64,000 bases of DNA from Candidatus Methylomirabilota bacterium (lineage in GTDB: Bacteria; Methylomirabilota; Methylomirabilia; Rokubacteriales; CSP1-6), in contig DASYVT010000209.1 in assembly GCA_035936835.1 (NCBI GenBank), forward strand, positions 11,627 through 75,626, read 5' to 3'. Shown one piece after another: positions 59,883-64,000 of this stretch (positions are counted from its first letter, which is position 1; every line of letters starts with the position of its first letter). The position numbers and the translations under genes were made by a program. The notes under the pieces were generated by a model. That model had not been told where the DNA came from. It saw only the letters and a program-made list of their open reading frames with translations, and searched no databases.

Positions 59883-60713
59883 ATGAGCCAGCGCGTCACG
59901 GAAGCGGAGCTCCTCGCGCGGATCGAGCGCGGCGAGCGCATCGAGTCGACCGAGGAGATGACGGAGGAGTACCGGCAGAGCTTGGTGCACCTCATGACCA
60001 TGCAGGCCGACTCCGAGCTCGCGGGCGGCTACGGCTACGTGCCGTGGATCATGAAGGCTCCCGGCGTCGAGGAGAAGCACGTCGTCGCGCAGATCGTCAA
60101 GGACGAGCACCGGCACGCCGCCGTCATGTACGGGCTCCTCGCCGACCTTGGAGTGGACGTGGACGCCCACGTGCGGGCCCACGACGAAGCCTTCGCCATG
60201 CGCATCGACGCGTCGGCCGATGACATCGGCACCGCTCGGATCGGCGCCGACAAGCGCGTGAACATCTTCTACTACCCGATCGACACGTGGGCCGACTTCA
60301 TCTTCTTCAACTTCTGCATGGACAGAGGGGCGGGTCACCAGCTGGAAGACGTGCGGCAGTGTTCCTACGGCCCGTGGGCGCGAGCCATCGAGGGCATCTT
60401 CAAGGAGGAGAAGTTCCACATCCGCCACGGCGAGTATTGGGTCACGAAGCTCGGCGGGGACCCCGCCACGCGGGGTGAGGCGCAGGCGACGCTCAACAAG
60501 TGGTTCATCCGCACGATGAACATCTTCGGCCGGCCCGGCTCGCCCAAAAACGCCCTCTACCGGAAGTACAAACTCAAGGTCCGGGACAACGATGAGGTCC
60601 GCCAGGCCTTCGCGGCCGAGGTCAAGGAGAAGGCTTTAGCAGTGGGCCTCACGCTGCCCGAGTGGATTCCGGTCTGGGACCGGCTGCCCGAAGAGGCCCA
60701 GATCCCAGGCTAG
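59883..60713 (+). CDS. PaaA/PaaC-family ferritin-like diiron protein (1,2-phenylacetyl-CoA epoxidase subunit A-like)
   Basis: Alignable to PaaA through YRQSLVHLMTMQADSELAGG...KDEHRHAAVMY...FFNFCMDRGAGHQLEDVRQCSYGPWARAIEGIFKEEKFHIRHGE. Confidence 0.7.
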   Translation: MSQRVTEAELLARIERGERIESTEEMTEEYRQSLVHLMTMQADSELAGGYGYVPWIMKAPGVEEKHVVAQIVKDEHRHAAVMYGLLADLGVDVDAHVRAHDEAFAMRIDASADDIGTARIGADKRVNIFYYPIDTWADFIFFNFCMDRGAGHQLEDVRQCSYGPWARAIEGIFKEEKFHIRHGEYWVTKLGGDPATRGEAQATLNKWFIRTMNIFGRPGSPKNALYRKYKLKVRDNDEVRQAFAAEVKEKALAVGLTLPEWIPVWDRLPEEAQIPG

Positions 60714-60718
60714 CTGCC

Positions 60719-61384
60719 ATGCCCCGCGTCGCGGCCTTACTCCTCGCCACGAGTCTTCTGGCATGCGCCGTTCCTGGCGAGTGCCAGACGGGCCGCCAGG
60801 TCAAGGTTGTCCTCGAGTTCCAGCAGCAGGGGCAGGACAGCCGCCAGGGCGTCCAGGGCCGTGTGAGCGGGGTCATCATCCAAGATGGTACGACACGCGG
60901 GCAGGACGGCAAGGCGCGAGGCCGCGGCGGTGTCGCGGTTCAGGACACGACGACGCGGACCATCCGGAGCGAGGGCATCTTCACGATCGTCCAGGACGGC
61001 GGCACGGCGAGCATGCTGGTGGCGAGCGAGGTGCCGGTCACCGTGGTCGGGTGGTTCCGCGACTACGCGGCGGGGCAGGGGTACGCGGCGCAGGGGATGG
61101 CCTGGCAGCGCGTCGGCACCACCCTCGTCGTGAGCCCGACCATCCTGCCCAACGGGCAGATCCGCGTCCGGCTCATTCCACAAGTAAGCTACTTCTCGCC
61201 CCAGGGCGACGGCAGCATCGAGTTCAACGAGGCCGCGACCGAGGTGATCGTGCCCAACGGTCGCGCGATGCGGATCGGCGGCGCCACCCGCGGCATCAAC
61301 CAGGTGACGCGCCAGATCCTCGGCTACCGCGAGCAGCAGTCCTCGAGCGAGTCGAGCTTCATCCTCACCGCCACCGTCCAGTGA
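60719..61384 (+). CDS. small lipoprotein whose C-terminal region resembles a secretin beta-domain
   Basis: Lipobox LLACAV. LVVSPTILPNGQIRVRLIPQVS...EVIVPNGRAMRIGG follows the secretin pattern L-x-V-x-P-x-I-x-x-G-x-I-x-L-x-I-x-x-x-V-S ... GG. Confidence 0.45.
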   Translation: MPRVAALLLATSLLACAVPGECQTGRQVKVVLEFQQQGQDSRQGVQGRVSGVIIQDGTTRGQDGKARGRGGVAVQDTTTRTIRSEGIFTIVQDGGTASMLVASEVPVTVVGWFRDYAAGQGYAAQGMAWQRVGTTLVVSPTILPNGQIRVRLIPQVSYFSPQGDGSIEFNEAATEVIVPNGRAMRIGGATRGINQVTRQILGYREQQSSSESSFILTATVQ

Positions 61385-61846
61385 CCTCGTCCCCCCCAGT
61401 GAGCTCCTCAGCCGACGATTCCTCCGTTCCGGCGGAGCTCAAGGCCCGAATCGAGGGCCGACCCCTGGACCCGGGCGCTCGGCATACAGTTCCTCGCCCT
61501 GGGGCGTGGCTTCTGCCGGCTGGGGCTGACCGTCCAGCCCCACATGGTCAACTTCCAGGGCTATCCCCACGGCGGGGTCATCTTCTCCCTGGCGGACATC
61601 GCCTTCGGCGCGGCCTGCAACTCCCACGGCGGGACCGCGGTGGCGCTCAACATGACCATCAGCTTCCTGACTGCCGTCCAGGCCGGCTCGCGGCTCGTAG
61701 CGGACGCGCGGGAGATCAAGCAGGGCAGACGGGCAGGCTTCTACCAGGTGAGCGTGACGAGTGAGAAGGGGGCGCTGGTAGCGCAGGTCCACTGCGTGGC
61801 GCATATGGTGCCGGTGCTGGGGGGGTGCCCGCCGAAGAGTGATTGA
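61381..61846 (+). pseudogene. paaI: PaaI-like hotdog-fold acyl-CoA thioesterase interrupted by a +1 frameshift near a poly-C tract (about 61461-61470)
   Basis: The conserved DPWTRALGIQFLALG...HGGVIFSLADIAFGAACNS is in frame 2, which has no ATG/GTG/TTG after its upstream stop at 61400-61402. The only plausible N-terminus (GTG at 61381 or 61399) is in frame 1. Confidence 0.55.
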
Positions 61847-61908
61847 CATAATACCTCTTATCAGACACTGGCCAGCGATGGCAGACGCCAAACTGGCTTC
61901 AGAATGGA

Positions 61909-62559
61909 TCAGGGCTTGGCTGGTGTCTGAAGGCTCGCTACGCGGGAGCGGATCTCCTCGGCGCGGCGAGTGTCCGGCAGGTCTTTGAGCAGGCGCTGAT
62001 ACGTCTCCACGGCCGCGGTCCGCTTGCCGCCGAGCTCCTGGGCGCGGGCAGCGTCGACCATTGCCTCCTCATAGAGGAAGTCCTTAGGCTTGGCCCTGCT
62101 AATAGCTGATAGGTATGCCTTCTCAGCGGCATCGTAGTTCTTCTCGACCTCCCAGCAGTAGCCGATATTGAGACCGGCCAGCGCTGCCAGGCTGCTGGAG
62201 CCGGCCTTGGCGCGGGCAAGCTCGAAGCTCGAGCGGGCCTGCGGGTACTGCGCGGCGCCGTAGCGGAGGCTTCCCAGGAGATAGGCGGCCTGGGCAACCG
62301 AGGACAGGCGCGGATAGTCCGCGATGACGGCCTGCAGCGCCTTCTCGGCGCGCTCGCGGACGTCGGCCGCGGCGCCGGGAGTCTGTGCCTTGGCCACGAG
62401 GGTCCGCGCCTGGGCGAACGCCATGCTCCCTTGTGACTCGTAGCGGCTCTTCCAAGCCGCCCAGCCGGCCCCCCCGAGACCCACGACTATGACGACGCTC
62501 AGGCCAAGGACGACCCAGCGAGTCCAGGGCCGCTCCCGAAGCCAGTCGAGAACGTTCAT
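61909..62559 (-). CDS. membrane-anchored tetratricopeptide-repeat protein (YfgM-like)
   Basis: Single N-terminal TM helix followed by TPR-like helical repeats. ATGA overlap with the bactofilin stop. Confidence 0.6.
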   Translation of the reverse strand: MNVLDWLRERPWTRWVVLGLSVVIVVGLGGAGWAAWKSRYESQGSMAFAQARTLVAKAQTPGAAADVRERAEKALQAVIADYPRLSSVAQAAYLLGSLRYGAAQYPQARSSFELARAKAGSSSLAALAGLNIGYCWEVEKNYDAAEKAYLSAISRAKPKDFLYEEAMVDAARAQELGGKRTAAVETYQRLLKDLPDTRRAEEIRSRVASLQTPAKP

Positions 62560-63044
62560 CGGGCGTTCTCGTCGTCCAGGCCCGGGTCGCTGACGCGCGC
62601 GGGCTCCGCGCGCTCGAGCCAAATCTCGCCTTTGACGGAAGATCCCTCAGCGGCCGAGAAGCTGCCGGCCTTGAGGGTACCGGTCAGGACGCCGGTGGGA
62701 AGGATGTCGAGGTGCGTGCTGGCCGTAAGGTTGCCGCGCACCTTGCCCGCGATGACGATCGAGGCCGCGTTGATATTGGCGTCGGCCTGAGCCGCCTCCG
62801 ACACGACCACGCGGCCCGAGACGTCGATCTCGCCCTCGAAGCGCCCGTAGATGTGAAAATCCCCTTCGCCTGTGATCTCGCCTCGGAGCGAAAGTCCGCT
62901 GCCGAGGACGGCACGGCCGGGATCGGGAGGGGCTCCGACAGGCGAATTCCCGATCGATGGCGGCGCGGCCTCTTCAGGCGAGCCCGCGAAGCCCAGGAAG
63001 CGCCACACCCCGCCGATGCCGCCCGCACGCCCGGAAGGAGCCAC
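62556..63044 (-). CDS. bactofilin (DUF583) cytoskeletal protein
   Basis: Repetitive beta-helix signature GEITGEGDFHIYGRFEGEIDVSGRVVVSE...ASIVIAGKVRGNLTAS. Confidence 0.75.
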   Translation of the reverse strand: MAPSGRAGGIGGVWRFLGFAGSPEEAAPPSIGNSPVGAPPDPGRAVLGSGLSLRGEITGEGDFHIYGRFEGEIDVSGRVVVSEAAQADANINAASIVIAGKVRGNLTASTHLDILPTGVLTGTLKAGSFSAAEGSSVKGEIWLERAEPARVSDPGLDDENAR

Positions 63045-63053
63045 GGGGTTAGT

Positions 63054-63689
63054 CTAAGTCGAGCGGCGGCCCAACCTCAAGGAGCTTCTGCGGTTCTCCC
63101 CTCGTCCCCTGCCCGATTTCCGCCCGAGGCGGCGCACCTCCGCGTGGCGGAAGCACGAGATCAGGTGGTCGTTGACGAGCCCGGCCGCTTGCATGAAGGC
63201 GTAGCAGATCGTGGGGCCCACGAAGGTGAATCCGCGACGCCGGAGATCGCGGCTCAGCTTGCGCGAGAGCGCCGTCTCGGCCGGGACTCGCCGCGGCGCG
63301 AGCCGGCGGTTCTGGATTGGCCTTCCGCCGACCGAGCTCCAGAGATAGGCCGCAAAGCTGCCGTGCTCGCGCTGGACCTCGAGGAAGGCGCGCGCGTTCC
63401 CGACGGCGCTCTCGATCTTTCCGCGATGGCGGATGGTGCCCGGATCGCGCAGGATGCGTGTCACCGCGGCAGGCGTGAAGCGCGCGACCCGCCTCGGGTC
63501 GAATCCTGCGAACGCCCGGCGGTACCCGCTCCGCCGTCGGAGCACGATGGACCAGCTGAGCCCCGCCTGCGCCCCTTCGAGGATGAGGAGCTCGAACAGC
63601 CGCCGGTCGGCGCGGATCGGAACGCCCCACTCGCGGTCGTGGTACGCGATCTCGGGCTCGCCGCGGGCCCAGTGACAGCGGCGGGGCAC
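63054..63689 (-). CDS. tag: DNA-3-methyladenine glycosylase I
   Basis: RCHWARGEPEIAYHDREWGVP...ICYAFMQAAGLVNDH aligns along the full length of E. coli Tag. GTG start. Confidence 0.85.
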   Translation of the reverse strand: MPRRCHWARGEPEIAYHDREWGVPIRADRRLFELLILEGAQAGLSWSIVLRRRSGYRRAFAGFDPRRVARFTPAAVTRILRDPGTIRHRGKIESAVGNARAFLEVQREHGSFAAYLWSSVGGRPIQNRRLAPRRVPAETALSRKLSRDLRRRGFTFVGPTICYAFMQAAGLVNDHLISCFRHAEVRRLGRKSGRGRGENRRSSLRLGRRST

Positions 63690-63694
63690 TGGAC

Positions 63695-64000
63695 TCAGCG
63701 GCAGTCGCTGTAGGCCGACGAGCCGATGTGGTACGTGTAACAGCGCAGGGGGGACGCGGGCGGCGGCACCGGACCCGCCTTCTTCTCGCGGGGCGCGCTC
63801 AAGCGAGGAGCGGGCACGGGAGCGCACTCGGCATGCGTGTCAGACCCGACGGTGTAGTTGTGACAGGCGACCGCTAAACTTTGGGGCACCGAACCGGGGG
63901 GCGCCGAACCGGGCGGGGCACAGGCGGTATGTGTGTCGGAGCCCGTCGAGTAGCTGGCGCAGTACGCGGGTGAGTCCGCGCCGGTCCCTCCGGCCGGCGC
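63695..64000 (-). CDS. Cys/Pro-rich repeat protein, 3' portion. The ORF continues past the window end, so its 5' end is not in the window.
   Basis: Three 15-aa modules (YCASYSTGSDTHTAC / CHNYTVGSDTHAEC / CYTYHIGSSAYSDC) separated by Pro-rich linkers. No in-frame stop up to nt 64000. Confidence 0.5.
   Translation of the reverse strand, partial: APAGGTGADSPAYCASYSTGSDTHTACAPPGSAPPGSVPQSLAVACHNYTVGSDTHAECAPVPAPRLSAPREKKAGPVPPPASPLRCYTYHIGSSAYSDCR

Overview
This is a high-GC (~70%) stretch of bacterial chromosome, almost entirely coding, with genes mostly on the + strand. It is dominated by housekeeping genes whose order is typical of a diderm, LPS-producing bacterium: leuS-lptE-holA, the kdsA-kdsD-kdsC-lptC-lptA-lptB-rpoN-rapZ envelope cluster, lptF/lptG, valS, birA-coaX, a guaB3-like gene followed by guaA, dnaE-accA, miaB, uvrB/uvrC, pyrG, metK-ahcY, murJ, rpsT and xerD. 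I found no rRNA, tRNA, CRISPR array, transposase or phage genes. The many long ORFs antisense to, or frame-shifted from, real genes are GC-driven shadow ORFs. Items that deserve a second look are listed in the findings. The accessory-looking content is: a redox module (FprA-type reductase, periplasmic cytochrome c, GAF-GAF hybrid histidine kinase); a small membrane protein plus HNH endonuclease pair between ppx and uvrB; a secreted neutral-ceramidase-like hydrolase; a GH57 glycoside hydrolase fused to the rapZ 3' end; a UPF0182 giant membrane protein; lptF and lptG fused in one reading frame; and the 3' end of the window. The 3' end holds a GT4 glycosyltransferase, a 26-bp tandem repeat, a PaaK-like CoA ligase, an orphan PaaA-like diiron protein, a secretin-motif mini-lipoprotein, a frameshifted PaaI-like thioesterase, a tag-bactofilin-TPR operon and a Cys-rich repeat protein that runs off the window. 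Several genes carry short in-frame tandem duplications. Two essential genes (ppx, uvrB) appear to lack canonical ATG/GTG starts.
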